NCBI GenBank assembly: GCA_033442325.1
Contig: JAWQFM010000022.1
Location: 477,230 to 541,229 of the forward strand
DNA from: Salpingoeca rosetta
Taxonomy: Eukaryota; Protista; Choanoflagellata
Length of the DNA stretch: 64,000 bases
Reading direction: 5' to 3'
Below the pieces are notes generated by a model. The model ran no database searches. It was given only the letters and a program-made list of their open reading frames with translations, and had not been told where the DNA came from. Both the position numbers and the translations under genes were made by a program. Shown here one piece after another: positions 23,586 to 37,878 of this stretch (within the stretch, counting starts at the first letter, position 1; each line of letters opens with the position of its first letter).

Positions 23586-26500
23586 ACACACAGTTCCAAT
23601 TGGTGCACCCGGTCCAAAGGGGTTCACGGGCGATACCGGCGCGAAGGGTCCACAGGGTCCACAGGGAGCACGCGGCCCGCAAGGCGCTCCAGGTACTTGC
23701 ATGCACACATGCACGCACACATGTGTTGAGCTTTTGATGTGTGTGTGTGTATTCATGTGTTTGTACGTACAAGCATGTGGAAAACCTGTACACGTGTGTT
23801 TCCAAGTGTGTTGGGGGGGGGGAATCTCGCTTGCTAGCTCGCTTGCTTGCTTGTTTGGTGTTTGGAGTCTGCCACTCCTACCTTATGCATATCCGACATC
23901 TTTTAACATCCTTCACGCCATTGCCACAACCATCTTCCCCTGCTCCCTGCACGCGGCACGCTGTCACCGTCCAAAGGCCAGGACGGTGCTGTTGGCGCCA
24001 AAGGGATCAAGGGCGACATGGGCGCACCAGGACCAGCCGGTCCGCAGGGCGATCAAGGTGCACGCGGTGACGCGCCATGTCGCACCTGCACACTGACTGC
24101 ATGCTTTGTCTGTTTGCATTTGACAGGGAGGGCGGACGGGGTTGCAAGGTTTCTGTTGTGACATGACTATTGGTGTTCATGCACGACCTCTGCCCAACAT
24201 GAGCTTGCATACATACACACTCACTCACTCACTCACTCACTCACTCACTCACTCACTCACTCACTCACTCACTCACTCACTCACTCACACAATCGTCCAT
24301 GTCTGTTCACAGGTTCTCCTGGCCCCATTGGACCTCAGGGGCCTGTGGGGGTGCCTGGCCTTCAAGGCGTCAAGGGACCACAGGGGCTGCCGGGGCCACA
24401 GGGCGACCAGGGCATCAAAGGTGCGGCGCCATCGTGCTCTCGTGTGCACGTGCTCATTCTGTTTGCTTTCCGTTTTTTTTTTTCTTTGTTCATTCTGACC
24501 AAAACAGTGACGGCTACAGTGCCAGCATGTTCGTGTCCGCAGTTGCTCGATGCCTTTCCTTGCTGCACGTGGCGTTTCACCCTTTTGCATATCGCCCCTC
24601 TCCCTCTCTATTGTTCTCTTTCTTTCTCTCCCGTTCTCTTTCCCTGCTGTCTTCAAGCTCTTCACGCCCTTTGCTGCCTCTTTGCGTTGTGTGTTGTCCT
24701 TTCTCATGACCGTTTATCGTTTGACCAATTTACTCAGGTGTTCAAGGTGATCCCGGCCCACAGGGCAGCCCAGGTCCCAGTGGCATCCAGGGAGATAAGG
24801 GTGCGTGAATGTGTATGTGCGTGCATGAGTGTGATTGTGTGTATTTGTGGGCGTGAAGATGAACATGTGCTTGTGTGCGCGTGCGTACGCAGCAGCTTCA
24901 CTTTGCTCCCATATGCTGAACATCACTTCGCTGAAGCACAACCCAAGCGTCCAATCTCTTGTTCTCATCATGCCCTCTCCCCACCTTCCACTGTCCCTCT
25001 CCACCCAGGCCCTGTGGGCGATATTGGGTTGCCCGGGCCACAAGGAATTCCCGGCCCAAAAGGACCAACAGGTGAATGCTCCCGCTGAATTTGCAACTGG
25101 ATGCAAGGAACCCTTACACACACACACGCACACACACACACACGCACACACACACACACACGCACACACACACACACACGCACTCACTCACTCACACACA
25201 CACACACACACACTCACAAACTCACTCACACACACTCACTCACTCACTCACTCACTCACGCACACATACACATACACTCACTCACACACACACACATACA
25301 CATACACTCACTCACACACACACACATACACACACATACACATACACTCACTCACACACACACACACACACACACATACACTCACTCACACTCACTCACA
25401 CAACACGTGGCACCGCCAACGACAGGCCCTGTTGGCGTGCGTGGATTGAAAGGGCCAATGGGCGACCCTGGGCCCATTGGCGTACAAGGCGATGTTGGTG
25501 CACAAGGCCCCCAGGGAATCAAAGGGCTGCAAGGGTCACAGGGGCCACAGGGCCTAAAAGGAGCGCAGGGCCCACAAGGCGATCCCGGCCTGCAGGGTGT
25601 CCAGGGCGACAAAGGCACAACAGGTGACCAAGGTCCTGTGGGTCCAAAGGGCCCTCGTGGCGAAGATATCAACCCAGCGCTGATCCAGCACCTGCAGAGC
25701 AACATCTCAATCGAAGCGTCACAGACCAGCGACGCTGCCGAATCCTTGAATGCGGACATATCCTCGCGCATCGTCAACACGTCGCTCACCACAGACGAGC
25801 TCATGCGCAGCGCCATCTCGCACGAGACGCAGCGCCAGGCCGCCGCCCGCTCCATGCTGAGTCTGCAGATTTCAACAGACCAGGCCGCCCTGTCCAGTGA
25901 AGTGCAGCGCGCCACGCAGGCGGAGTCCTCCCTCTCCGTGTCCGTGGCCGGGCTGAGCGGCGCCGTGGTGGGCGGTGTCTCCTCTGTATCGCAGATGATC
26001 AGCGCAATGGACAGCGGTGCCGTCGCGCGCGAGGCGTCCCTGCACGTGCGCGCCAGCAACGAGCGCATCAGGGCAGACAGCGCGCACGCCTCGCTAGAAT
26101 CGCAACTCCAACAGCAGGCCAGCGCGGTGGCGGCTGCAGACGCACGTGCGCGCAGCACAGAGGACATGCTTGCAAGCAGCCTGTCGTTGCAGGTGACATC
26201 GAGCATCAGCGGTGAGGCCACCACTGCCCAGAACGTGTCATCCCTTGCAGCCCTGGCCCATGCCCGCCAGCTGTCACTGCAATCGGACATTTCCTCCGCT
26301 ACACAGGAGGCCGGGCACCAGGAGTCATCCCTGCAGCGCCAGGCAGAGTCGCTCGTGTCCGCACTCAGCACGGAGGAGACACGGCGTGTGCAGGCCTCGT
26401 CCTCCCTGGCATCCAGCATACTCGCACGACGATCAGGTGCCATGGCGACAGAGTCATCGCTAGCAGCAGCCATCAGCGCACAGCGCACGTCCACGGGCAC

Positions 26501-29500
26501 CAGCATCTCCTCCCTCACCACTGCCCTCTCCTCTGCCGCATCCCTTGGACAGCAGGCAGACGACAGCCTGGCGTCGCTGCTGTCTGCAACAGCAAACGCC
26601 GCCGTGTCCCGGGAAACGAGTCTGCAGCACACGCTCGACAGCGCCGTGTCCCTTGCCTCGTCTGCAGAGGCGACACTTGATCGCGAGCTCAGCATCGACG
26701 TGTCGCGTGCCGTGTCTGCAGAGGCGTCCATATCCACGGCCGTGCAGGACCGCATCTCCACTGCAAAGGCGGAAGAGGCTGCGCTCGACAGCGCGCTGCA
26801 GTCACTGCATGATGTTGTGCGCGTGTCCAACGCGAACGTCTCCCTGCAGCTGCAGGCGGCCCAGTCCCGTGCTGTGCGCGAGGAAAGTCGCCTGTCCGCT
26901 GCCGTTGTCAGCGAAGCCAATCGGGCCGAGCACGCCCGTGCGGACGTGGCATCCTCCCTCTCCAGCGAGCACGTCCGCGCGCTGTCGGCCGTATCGTCGC
27001 TCAACGCTGCCGGGCATGACGCAATGACCTCTGCGCAGTCATCTGAAGCGCACGTGAGCAGTGCCATCACAGCAGAGGCCGGCCGGGCGCAATCGCGAGA
27101 GGAAATCGTGAGCGCAGCCATCAGCGCGCACACTGTCTCCCGCCTCTCTGCACAGGGCGTGCTGTCATCGTCCATTACCGCTGCTAGCAGCGCGGCAAGG
27201 GTAAATGCTTCGCAGTTGCGCGCAAACGTTGCAGCGCTCTCCTCCACACTGCACCAGCAGCACAGCCAGCTTGAGACCTCGTTTGCGATCGTTGCCTCTG
27301 ACACGTCAACCGCCCTCAGCAGCCTGGAGGTGTTTCGCACTGCAGTCGACACCAGCGCGGTGTCCAGGGCGACGAGCATTGCTGCCGACATCTCAGCAGA
27401 GCAGAGCAGGTCGTCAGCGCAGCACGCGTCGCTCAACTCGCAGCTGTTAACAGCCATCGCTCGGGCAGACAGTGCGCAGGCAGCGTTGAGGGTCGAGGAG
27501 CAGGGTGCGGCTTCCAGTGCCAGCACCGCCGCTTCGTCGCTGGCGGTGGCAGCAGAGCAGGAGCGGGCGCGCGCGGTAAACCGGACACTGGAGCTGAACA
27601 GCCAAGTGTTGCAGGAGCAGAGCCGCGTGCAAGTTGCGCATGCGAGTGTTGCTGTCTCGCTGGCGCAGGTGTCATCGGAAGCAAGCGCGCTCGCCGCCAC
27701 GCACGGCAACTTTGTGTCCTCTGAACAGAGCAGAGGCGCCGACACCCGCGCGTCCATCGCCACAGCGCTGTCTCGCGACACACAAACGCTACACGCCGTG
27801 GACGCGTCGCTGGAGACATTCATCTCGGACGCGTCGCAGCAGCTCATCACAGCGGATCAGCAGCTGTCCACTGAGCTCTCCGGTGTGCAGCAGACGCGGT
27901 TGGCGGCCGACGCTGCGCTGCGTGAGCACCTAACGTTCACGCACAGCACGCTGTCGACCATGGTGGCGGTTGAAGCGGACAAGGCGGTTTCGCGGGAGCA
28001 GCGGGTGCTGGGGCGTCACGCCGCTGTCGCACAGGAGCTCAAGACAACGACGGTGAAGGCAATCATCGCCAACGATGTTGCCTGCACGCTCGAGACGTGC
28101 AATTCACAGAAGATTGTCATGTGTCCCAGCGCGGCCCACCCAAACGCTGGTGCAACGACAGGCCTGGTGCAGGATCTGCTACTGGCGTTTCAGGCCAACC
28201 CGGAACGCTGGGTGCTCGACACATCGCGACAGCCAAAGCCGTCCACAATCGGCTTACAGGACCTTCGCATTCCGCGCGCATACATTCGCACGTCGCGGCA
28301 GGATGACGCATGCCTGGAGTTTGACGTGGATGTGGGCAGCGAGGCGGCGTACACGGCCGACTACACCGCGCCGGCACAGCAGCAGCAGCAGCAGCAAAGA
28401 CGGCGGCGGAGGCGGAGTGTTGGAGATGTGCGGGCGCCTGGCACTGACAGCACTGGTGGTGCTGATGGCGCTGGTGGTGCTGATGGCGCTTCATCTAGTG
28501 GCATGGAATACAAGAACTCGAACCACCAGCAACAGTTGCGGGACCAACTATCACAGCAGGAGCAGCAACAGTCTGTCGCGCGTTCGCGCCGGGTTGCCTT
28601 TGTGTCTGACGATGACTTGGCAGAGTGGACGCGCCAGCTCATGATCACGGCTGGTGCGTCGCCCACTGTCGATGCCACTGGCAGGAAGTTGGTTGTTTTT
28701 GTACCTGCAGCCGTGGACGACGCCTTGCAACAGGGCGGAACCAGCAACGGCGACGATGATGTGCTTTCCGTGTCTGCACAACTGAGTTCGCTTGACAAGC
28801 AGGTGGCTGCGGTGCGTCAGCACACGCACACGCTGCTTGCGGACACCATGCGCGCAATGGCCGACTTCAACACGACGTGGCAGGCGCTGCGTGAAGCGGA
28901 GGCCACGATTGAGTCGCGGCTCACCACCACAGCCACCACGACCACGACCACGACAACGACCACCACAACCGCAACCACGACGACGACAACAACAACGACA
29001 ACAACGAGCAGTGCACCGGACAGAGCGGGCGCGAGCACGTCCGTATTTGGCTCTGCGCCGCCGCTGCTGGTTTATGTTGCGATTGGCAATGCTGGCGCCA
29101 TCATCATCGCCGTCATCGTCCTGATTGTTGTGCGGCGGCGGTACGCCAGCCAGCCCAAGGTGCACGTGGCCAAGAAGCGCCAACCCCCCAACAAGCACTT
29201 GTCCACCTCGTCCCTTCCTGCAACAGCAACAACATCCCCGTGGCGCCATTCGTTTGTTGGTGCCGGCGCTGGCGTCCGCAATTCCTTCAGCGGGGACATG
29301 CCTGCTCTCCGCCGCCACTCCTCCTCGTCCACGACCATCATCGACGAGATGTTGGGGGCGCGCACGGTGACGAACCCGCTGTTCCACACGGCGATTGAGG
29401 AAGCAGACGAGGCGGAGGGTGCGAGTCAGTACTACCAGCAGGTGGAGCCTGTGAAGGAAGATACAGACTCCGACGTGTTTGATCTCGACGCCATCGCCGG

Positions 29501-29507
29501 AGAGTGA
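21486..29507 (+). CDS. Paralogue B: dermatopontin-like head / EGF-like / collagen / coiled-coil stalk type-I membrane protein
   Basis: Head motifs [48 protein letters not shown]|[28 protein letters not shown]-like C|[13 protein letters not shown]. Collagen exons 23594-23692, 23977-24066, 24313-24420, 24738-24800, 25009-25071, last exon 25426-29507. RRRRRRS site, poly-Thr, TM ~29064-29133, NPLF tail. Start provisional. Confidence 0.87.
22766..22986 (+). repeat. Intronic 25-bp minisatellite, ~9 copies (CGCCACTGCCGTCACACCACCACCC)
   Basis: Period of 25 read directly (22771, 22796 ... 22971). Ends just before the acceptor at ~22992. Confidence 0.93.
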
Positions 29508-30411
29508 TCGTGTGTGTGTGTGTGTGTGTTGTGTTGTGTTGTGTTGTGTTGTATTGTGTTGTATTGTGTTGTGTTGTGTGGTGCTGTGTGTTGTGTTTGT
29601 GTTGTGTTTGTGTGTGTGTTGTGTTGTTTGCTTGTGTGTGTTGTGTTTGTGTGTGTGTTATGTTTGTGTGTGTGTTGTGTTGTGTTGTGTTTGTGTGTGT
29701 GTCGTGTTGTGTGTTGTCGCGTGTGGTCGCGTGTGTCCTGTCTTTTCTGCTTTGATCTTTATCATTACTTTTGTGCTATTCTCCATGTTTAGACGAGCAT
29801 TTATCTCTTCCTGTCGTTCCCCTTCTGCTTCTTTGATTTTACGGTCAAGCGCAGCGCAGCTTGATGAATGCCTGTTGTTATTTCACTTTCTTCCTTCAGT
29901 TGGGGTTTGTATGTTTTCTGCAGTTGTCAGGTGCACATGGTCGCTTGATGGCTGTGGTTGCTCGGTGGTGTTGGGGGAGAGGGTTGTTGTGTGTCGTGTT
30001 GTTTCGTTTGGTGAGTTGTGGTAACGCAGGAACCGCAGTAATTGAACGAGTTTTATGCAATTGGCTGACACTGATTGAATGAAGCAAGTACGAATGAGGA
30101 GCACAAAACAAAACAAAGCACACACATGGAGCACCAACAGCAAGCTAGGAGGTCGTTGAAACTGACAGCATGCATGGACGAACAAGAACGAATGGACAGG
30201 CAAGCGTGGGGCAAGGCACAAGCACAAGAAAGCAACAACACTGCGCAGGGGCAATCACACACACACACACACACTCTCTCTCTCTCTCACGCACACACAC
30301 ATGCACAATGCACGCGTGCACAATGAACACACGTTCACACACACACATTTTCTTTCTCACGCGCGCGCACACACGTTCACACACATGCACAAAGTTCACG
30401 CATGCACATAC

Positions 30412-30923
30412 TCAGCGCGAAAAGACAATGTCTGTAAACTGCTGGTAATCCAGGGAGTTGTCCTTGGCTGCAGAGGGCACAGTCTCCTTCACAAAGTCAA
30501 GGTGCTCTTGCTTGAGCCGCTGCAACTTGTCCAGACCAACACGCTCCTCGTCCCGCGCAATGAAGGAGAAGGAGCCGAGAATGTGCTCGCGCGTATGGAT
30601 GACGCCAATGAGGTGGATCATGAGTTCCTTGAACTGCTGCAAGTTGAGGCGACCGCCAGACCCGAACGTGCGCATGTGGTTCTCCACCTCGGCCGACGTC
30701 AACTCTTCACCAAGCGAGAACAGACACGCCTTGAGCTCCTTCTTCTCGATGGATCCAGACCCGTCCCGGTCAAACTTCTTGAAGAAGCTCTCAATCTCCT
30801 GCAAGCACAGAGGCGTGCGGAAGTGAGTGGGGAGGTGTTGGTGGAGCTTGATAATACCGGGGTTGCTTGCCAGAGATGAGTGGGCACTTACACAAAAGGG
30901 CACACAAAAGGGCACACACAAGG

Positions 30924-30985
<62 letters not shown>

Positions 30986-31593
30986 CACACACGCACACCT
31001 CAAGCTGCGCCTTGGAGACGCCGCGGGACTTTTTGAATTCAATCTCGCGCTCCAGAAGCGGTTTCTTGTACGTGAGGAGCTTATGGTAGTCGTCAAACTG
31101 GCTCGTCAGGTCTTGCAGTGTCACAGAGCTGTGCGGGTTGTATTCGATGCCCAGTTCCTGACAACATTCGTTAAATTAGTGACGAAATGGGTTCCAGGGT
31201 TGATGGCACAATGAGGAGACTTGATGAGGGAAGAAGCAACACGTGTGTGCTTGCGAAAGGATCCACAAATACAGGTGTTCAGGTTTGCAGTGCACATGCA
31301 AGCACACATGCGCACATACGCAAACACAAACAACACAAACGCACATATGCGCATGCACACACACACACCTTCATCCTGTGCGAGAGCGCCTCAATCTCGA
31401 CCAGCTTTTCGCGTTCTTGCGTCATGTTGGCGAGCTCAGAGTCAATCTTTTCCAATTGCTCTGTCAGGGTTCCCTGACAGGTACGGCAATGCAGCATTCC
31501 AAACCATCTCGTCAGTACACATATGTGCAAAACGTTTACGCGCACACACGCACACACGCACACACACACACGCACACACACACACACACATGT

Positions 31594-31665
<72 letters not shown>

Positions 31666-31976
31666 CCCGCGAGGCGAGAGAACTATTCTATCAGTGGATA
31701 CGCTAGCCACTACAAGTTTTTTAACTGATCACTCAATGCTTAACAATTTGGTCGTTCCTCGTGGCGGAATAATACTAAGTGCGATCTCGGGCCATGGCTT
31801 ATTTTAGTAAGGCCGCGCGCTAGCACTGGGCGCACAATTATGTCTCGCTAGGAATACTGTCACTAGTCCTCCCAGAGACCAATAATAGGGCTGTGTCGAT
31901 CCAGGGGAGTCGTAACACGACGACACACACGACACACACACACGACACGACACACACACACACACACTACGACGAC

Positions 31977-32050
<74 letters not shown>

Positions 32051-35000
32051 CATTAACACACACATGTGCGCGCACACATGCACGCATTACCCCCCTCCCA
32101 AAATACACACCTGGGGCTTGGCCATGGCGTCGATGCTCTGACGAAGGGAGGTCATGAGCGGGTTGACCTTGGCCGCAAACTCCCTGCACAGCTCATCGTT
32201 CGCCTTCTGCAGTGCAAGGGCCTTCTCGTACTGCTCGTCCCGGAACTTGAGTGCCGCTGCCATGGAGGCATGGACAGACATAGTGCACGTATTGATGGTG
32301 AGGTGGGGAAGAATAGGTGGGAGAGGTGGTGGTGGTGGTCGTCGTCGTCGTGGCAATGACCGCTCGTATGGACTGCTGTCAAGCGTCAATTGTGATGCAA
32401 TCAACACAAACTACGCAAATGATCCACATGTCACACTCGATACAAACGACGCACAATCACAGTGACAGGCAACAAACGAACAAACAAACAAAATAAACAC
32501 ACAGAAAGGCCATTGCGCGCACCCTTGAGGTCGGATTGAAGGCCGTTCAGGCCAGCCTCATCCAGGGAGGTGTATGGGTTGCTCACAGGGCCATAACCCG
32601 ACAGTTTCGAGTACACTTGCATGCAAGTCGCCTGTTTTCCATTCAAAGCACATCAGATGAAAGGGTGAGTGCAAGACACACATGGTTTCCCAAACACGCA
32701 CGCAGTATGCACACGTGCAAATAAAACTTGCAGCGCAAGCAAGTGCACCCCTTCCCCGCGGCATCTCGTGCATAAAAACAATAGTAAAGACAATCTAACA
32801 TCACCACCAGCAATGCAAAATGAAAGGGCTGACCTTGTGCTGCTCCGCCTGCTGCGTGAGGCTCTTGGCGTCTGCTTCAAGCTCTGATCGCATGTTCTCT
32901 GTTTCGTCCAAAGAGAACGCAAAGGTCGTTGCCTTTGTCGTCTCTTGATCCAGCGATCCCTGTGCAGGACAAAGCAAACCGTCGCATGAGATGATAAGCG
33001 CCATCCACGCGACACCGACCAAATTGCACACATCATACCACAACAAAATGCAATAACACCCACCCACACCCACACACTCACTCACTCATTCACTTATTCA
33101 CTCATTCACACACTCACACACGCATACACGCACACACGCATACACGCACACACACACTCACACACACTCTCTCTCTCACACTCACACACACACACGCAAA
33201 CTGACCCGCACGAAGATGATGTTGTCTTTGACAAAGCCGCGCATGGCGTGTGCGGCGTGCGCAAACTCCTGTCGCAGATCCTCCTTCGTCTGCTCCGTCG
33301 CCTGGTCAGCGGTCAGTTTGGTTTTCTTGGCCTCAATCGCATCGGCGAGCGTTGTCAGGCCAGCGTCAACCTCTTGCTCGCGTGCGTGTACTTGCTGTGT
33401 GTCAGGGAACGTCCACTGCGACAGCTCGCTCTCGTACTTGGAGTCGCACGCTGACTTGCCAAGGGCTTGCAGGGACGCCAGCGTGGTCTGGCGCGTGTTT
33501 GTCAGGTCGTTGCCGAGGGCCTCAAGCAGGCGAAGCTTCACGGCAGCGTCGGCCAGGCTGTCCACGGGCGGCTGTGTCTGGAGCGCCTGCTGCTTCGTGC
33601 CAATCCACCCCATCAGCCGCGTGTGCAAGCTGATGTGCTGATCCACCACGCGCGCAACCTTTGCGCAGTACTGCGTGCGTGCAAGGCAGTCCTGCAGGTA
33701 GGCGCGCTTGTCCTTCTCGGCGGCCGCCAGATCCTGCCAAAGTGTGTCCACGTGCGTTTCAAGCTCGGACGTTTTCTCCGGCTCGCCAAACACCCACGCT
33801 GAGATGGCTGTCTTGTACTGGGCGCGGCGGATAGCAGCGCCGCGCTCTTTGAAGAGGGCAACAGCACCCTGCTCCTTGTCCCTCTGCTCGCCGAGGAACC
33901 CATCCAGCAGACTCAGTTGCAGGTGGCTCTCCTGCACGGTGCTGACCGTCGGCTGCTGCTTCAACACCTTCAGCTTCTCCGCACACCACTGCGCAATCTT
34001 GTCATGCATGTCGCGGTGGATGTTGGCTGACAGTTCCGTGTCCTCCTTGTACAGAGTGCACGCGAGGCGGTCCTCAAGGAAGGCCTTCTTGTCAGCAAGC
34101 AAGCCATCAAGCTGCTCCCACGCTGTGTCAAGTTGCTGCTCGCGTGCCGTCACCTCCTCGGGCGACTCAAACGCGTAGCGAGACAGCGCCGTCTCGTACT
34201 TGCGCGCAAAGATGGTGTCACGCAGGGCGTGCAGCGAGGCCATGCTGGTCGCCTTCATTGCCGCCCGATCAGACACAAACGCGTCCGCCAGGCTGAGGTG
34301 GAAGCGAGCATCGTGCGACAGCGCAATCTCTTCCCGCTGCTGCAGGTATCGCGCCTTGGTGGCCACCCACGTCTCGAGCAGGGCCGTCTGGTCTGCGTGC
34401 TGGAGCGCGAGCAGACGGGTCTCCTCTGCGTACAGCTCGCGTGCTTTGTCGTCCTCAAGCACCTCACGCTTCTTCGCGCTCTTCTCAGCCATCTCCGCCC
34501 ATCGCTCCTCAACGCGCGCCTCTCGTCCGCTCACGTCATCCGGCCGCTCATACACCCACGTCGACAGCTCGCTCGCATACTTCGCCTCCCGAATCGCTCT
34601 CCCCAGCGTCCGCAGCGCAGCAACGTCTGCGGCAGCCATGTCAGCGCACTCGCGATCAAACATGTCCAGCAGGCTGAGCTGGACCTTTGCTTCCTCGGAG
34701 TTGGTCACCTTCTCCTTCGTCTCCAGGTATTGCACCTTCTCCTTGCACCACGCCTCAAGCAGCTCATACCCAGACACGTGGTTCTGCACCTGCAGCCGCG
34801 TCGCCTCCTTGAACTGCTCCCGGGCAAGGTCGTCCTCAAGCACGCGCTGCTTTTCCTTGGCAATCGCGTCTAGCTCCGGCCACAGCGTGCCCTCCACCTG
34901 CTGCTCCAGTTCCTGCACCTCCCCTGGTGCCTCGTACTTCCACTGCGACAGCTGCGTCTTGTACTCTGCGTCGCGGATCTGCTGTCCCAGCTGCTTGAGC

Positions 35001-37843
35001 GCGGCCACGCTGCCCTCCGTCGTGTCCTTCTTCTCCTGCCGGAACGCCGACAGCACAGACAGTTGCAGCTCTGCACTTTGGATGCTGCTGATCACTTCCG
35101 TGTTCTCCAAGTACTTCTTGCGGTTCAGGTACCACTCTGCAATCTCCGTGTGCATGTCTGCGTGCGTCTTGACCCAGAGCCTGACCTTGTTCTGGAACTG
35201 GTTGCGGGCGAGGTTGTCGTCCAGCACAGCCTTTGCCTTCACGGCCGCAGCGTCAAGCGCCGCCCACATCTCGTCCACGCGCTTCTCCTCAGCGAGCAGT
35301 GTGGCCGGGTCCTCGTACACGTACGAGCTGTGTGCTGTCTCGTACTTGCGCTCACGGATGTCCTTGCCCAGCTGCTTGAGGGACGCCACGCTGGCCTCTG
35401 TCAGCGCCGCCTTCTCCTTCACGTACGCCTCGTACTCGCCAAGGCGGTACAGGGCATCGTCCACCGTGTGCACGGTCTCCCTGCAGTGCACGTCAAGGAA
35501 TTGTTGGCGCGGCTTGTACCACGCCTCCAGCTGCAGCACGCGGTTGTGGTGCTGCCCGGCGAGCAGGCGCGTTTGCTCGGCGTACTCCTCACGAGCGAGG
35601 TGATCTTCAAGCACCTTCTGCTTCTCCTCAGCCAGAACGTTCAGCTGCTCCCACTTGCTGACCACCTCCTGCTCCCGTGCATTCACGTCCGCAGGCTTCT
35701 CGTACGTCCACTCGGAGTGGTCTGTGGCATACTTGGCAGCGCAGATGTCTGCGCCGAGTGCCTGCAGGTTCGCAATGGCGCCACTCTGCCTATCGGCCAT
35801 GTCTTGCCTGCAGGCTTGCAGCAGGCTGAGCTGCAGCTTGGACTCCGGCACAGAGTGGATCTCCTCGCGCGTCTCCAGATAGCGCTGCTTCTCGGCAGCC
35901 CAGCTCATGAGCGCGGCATGGCTGTTGGCGTGCGTGTCTGCCCACATGCGCACCTTCTTCTGGTACTTGGTGCGGGCGAGGTGATCGTCGAGAATGGGCT
36001 TCTTGCGTGCAGCCAGCGCATCCAACTCCACCCACTTGTTGTCAACGGACGTCTCCCTCGCCTCCACCGCAGGCATGTCCTCGTACGTGTACTTGCTCAG
36101 CGGCGTTGCGTACTTGCGCGCAGCGATGGTCTGGCCGAGCGTTTTCAGCGACGCGAGCGACGTCTGCGTCTTGGAGTTCTTGGCACTGACGTACGCGTCG
36201 TACACGCTCAGCAAGTATTCGGCGTGGGAGATGGTGGTGCACTCCTCGCGCTGCGCCAGGTAGTGCGCCTTGGTTGCTGCCCACTCAAGGATGCGCTTGG
36301 TCTCGCTCTCATGACGGCCTGCGAGCAGACGGGTCTCCTCTGCGTACAGCTCGCGTGCTTTGTCGTCCTCAAGCACCTCACGCTTCTTCGCGCTCTTCTC
36401 AGCCATCTCCGCCCATCGCTCCTCAACGCGCGCCTCTCGTCCGCTCACGTCATCCGGCCGCTCATACACCCACGTCGACAGCTCGCTCGCATACTTCGCC
36501 TCCCGAATCGCTCTCCCCAGCGTCCGCAGGGACTTGACGCTGGTGGTGTACATACCCTCTTTCTTCTGCTCAAAGGCATTTAGCAGGCTGAGCTGGACCT
36601 TTGCTTCCTCGGAGTTGGTCACCTTCTCCTTCGTCTCCAGGTATTGCACCTTCTCCTTGCACCACGCCTCAAGCAGCTCATACCCAGACACGTGGTTCTG
36701 CACCTGCAGCCGCGTCGCCTCCTTGAACTGCTCCCGGGCAAGGTCGTCCTCAAGCACGCGCTGCTTTTCCTTGGCAATCGCGTCTAGCTCCGGCCACAGC
36801 GTGCCCTCCACCTGCTGCTCCAGTTCCTGCACCTCCCCTGGTGCCTCGTACTTCCACTGCGACAGCTGCGTCTTGTACTCTGCGTCGCGGATCTGCTGTC
36901 CCAGCTGCTTGAGCGCGGCCACGCTGCCCTCCGTCGTGTCCTTCTTCTCCTGCCGGAACGCCGACAGGATGCCCAGCTGCAACTGCGCCTCGTCCACAGA
37001 CTCAATCGTCTCGCGTGTCTGCAGGTATGCGCGCTTGCTCGCGTGCCACTCGCTCAGCAGTTTGAAGGCGTCTGCGTGCGTCTTGACCCAGAGCCTGACC
37101 TTGTTCTGGAACTGGTTGCGGGCTAGGTGGTCATCCAGGAACGGCTGACGCTGTTCTGCAAGCGCATCCAGTTCCTTCCACGCCGCGTGCAAGTCCGCCT
37201 CACGCTGTGTCACCTCTGCTGGTGACTCGTACGCGTACGAGCTGTGGGCTGTCTTGTACTCGCGCGCAAGGATGTCCTTGCCCAGCTGCTGCAGGGAGGC
37301 GAGGGCGGTGGTGGTGACGTTCTCTTTCTCCTGTCTGTACGCTGCGAGCACGCCCAGGAGAAACTGGGCCTGCTCCACAGAGTCGCACGACTCGCGTTGC
37401 TGCAAGTACGCCTTCTTCTCTGCAACCCACGTGCGAAGCAGCGCCGCCTTGCTGTCGTGCTGGTTGGCCATCAGGCGGGTTGCCTGTGCATACTGCTCGC
37501 GTTGCACGTCATCTGCCAGCAGGTCGCGCTTGTGGTTGGCGAGCTCGCCCAGCCCCGCAATCATCTGGTCAATGCTGCGCTCCTTCGTCTCCAGCGAACC
37601 AGGATCTTCCAACTTCCATTGGCTGTTGCGGGTGTGTGGAGGAATAGGCATCAGGAGGGATTGAGGAAGGTGATTTATTGCGCGCAAATGAAAGAGAGTG
37701 AGTGTGTGTGCTTGTGTGTACCTGTGTGTGTACGTGTGTGTGTGTGTGCGTGTGCGTGGGTGCGTGTGCGCGCACGTGTGTGTGCGTGTCTGTGTGTCTG
37801 TGTGTCTGTGCATGCGTGTGTGTGTGTGTGTGTGTGTCTGTGC

Positions 37844-37878
<35 letters not shown>

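Noticed and set aside
24127-24148. Possible extra micro-exon in the collagen region of paralogue B
   Set aside because: It is 22 nt long, so it would break frame and Gly-X-Y register; the flanking exons join cleanly without it.
25382-27850. Long antisense ORF of 822 aa (and similar ones opposite the cyclase, actinin and paralogue C)
   Set aside because: Shadow frames of GC-rich, biased coding sequence with no independent motifs.
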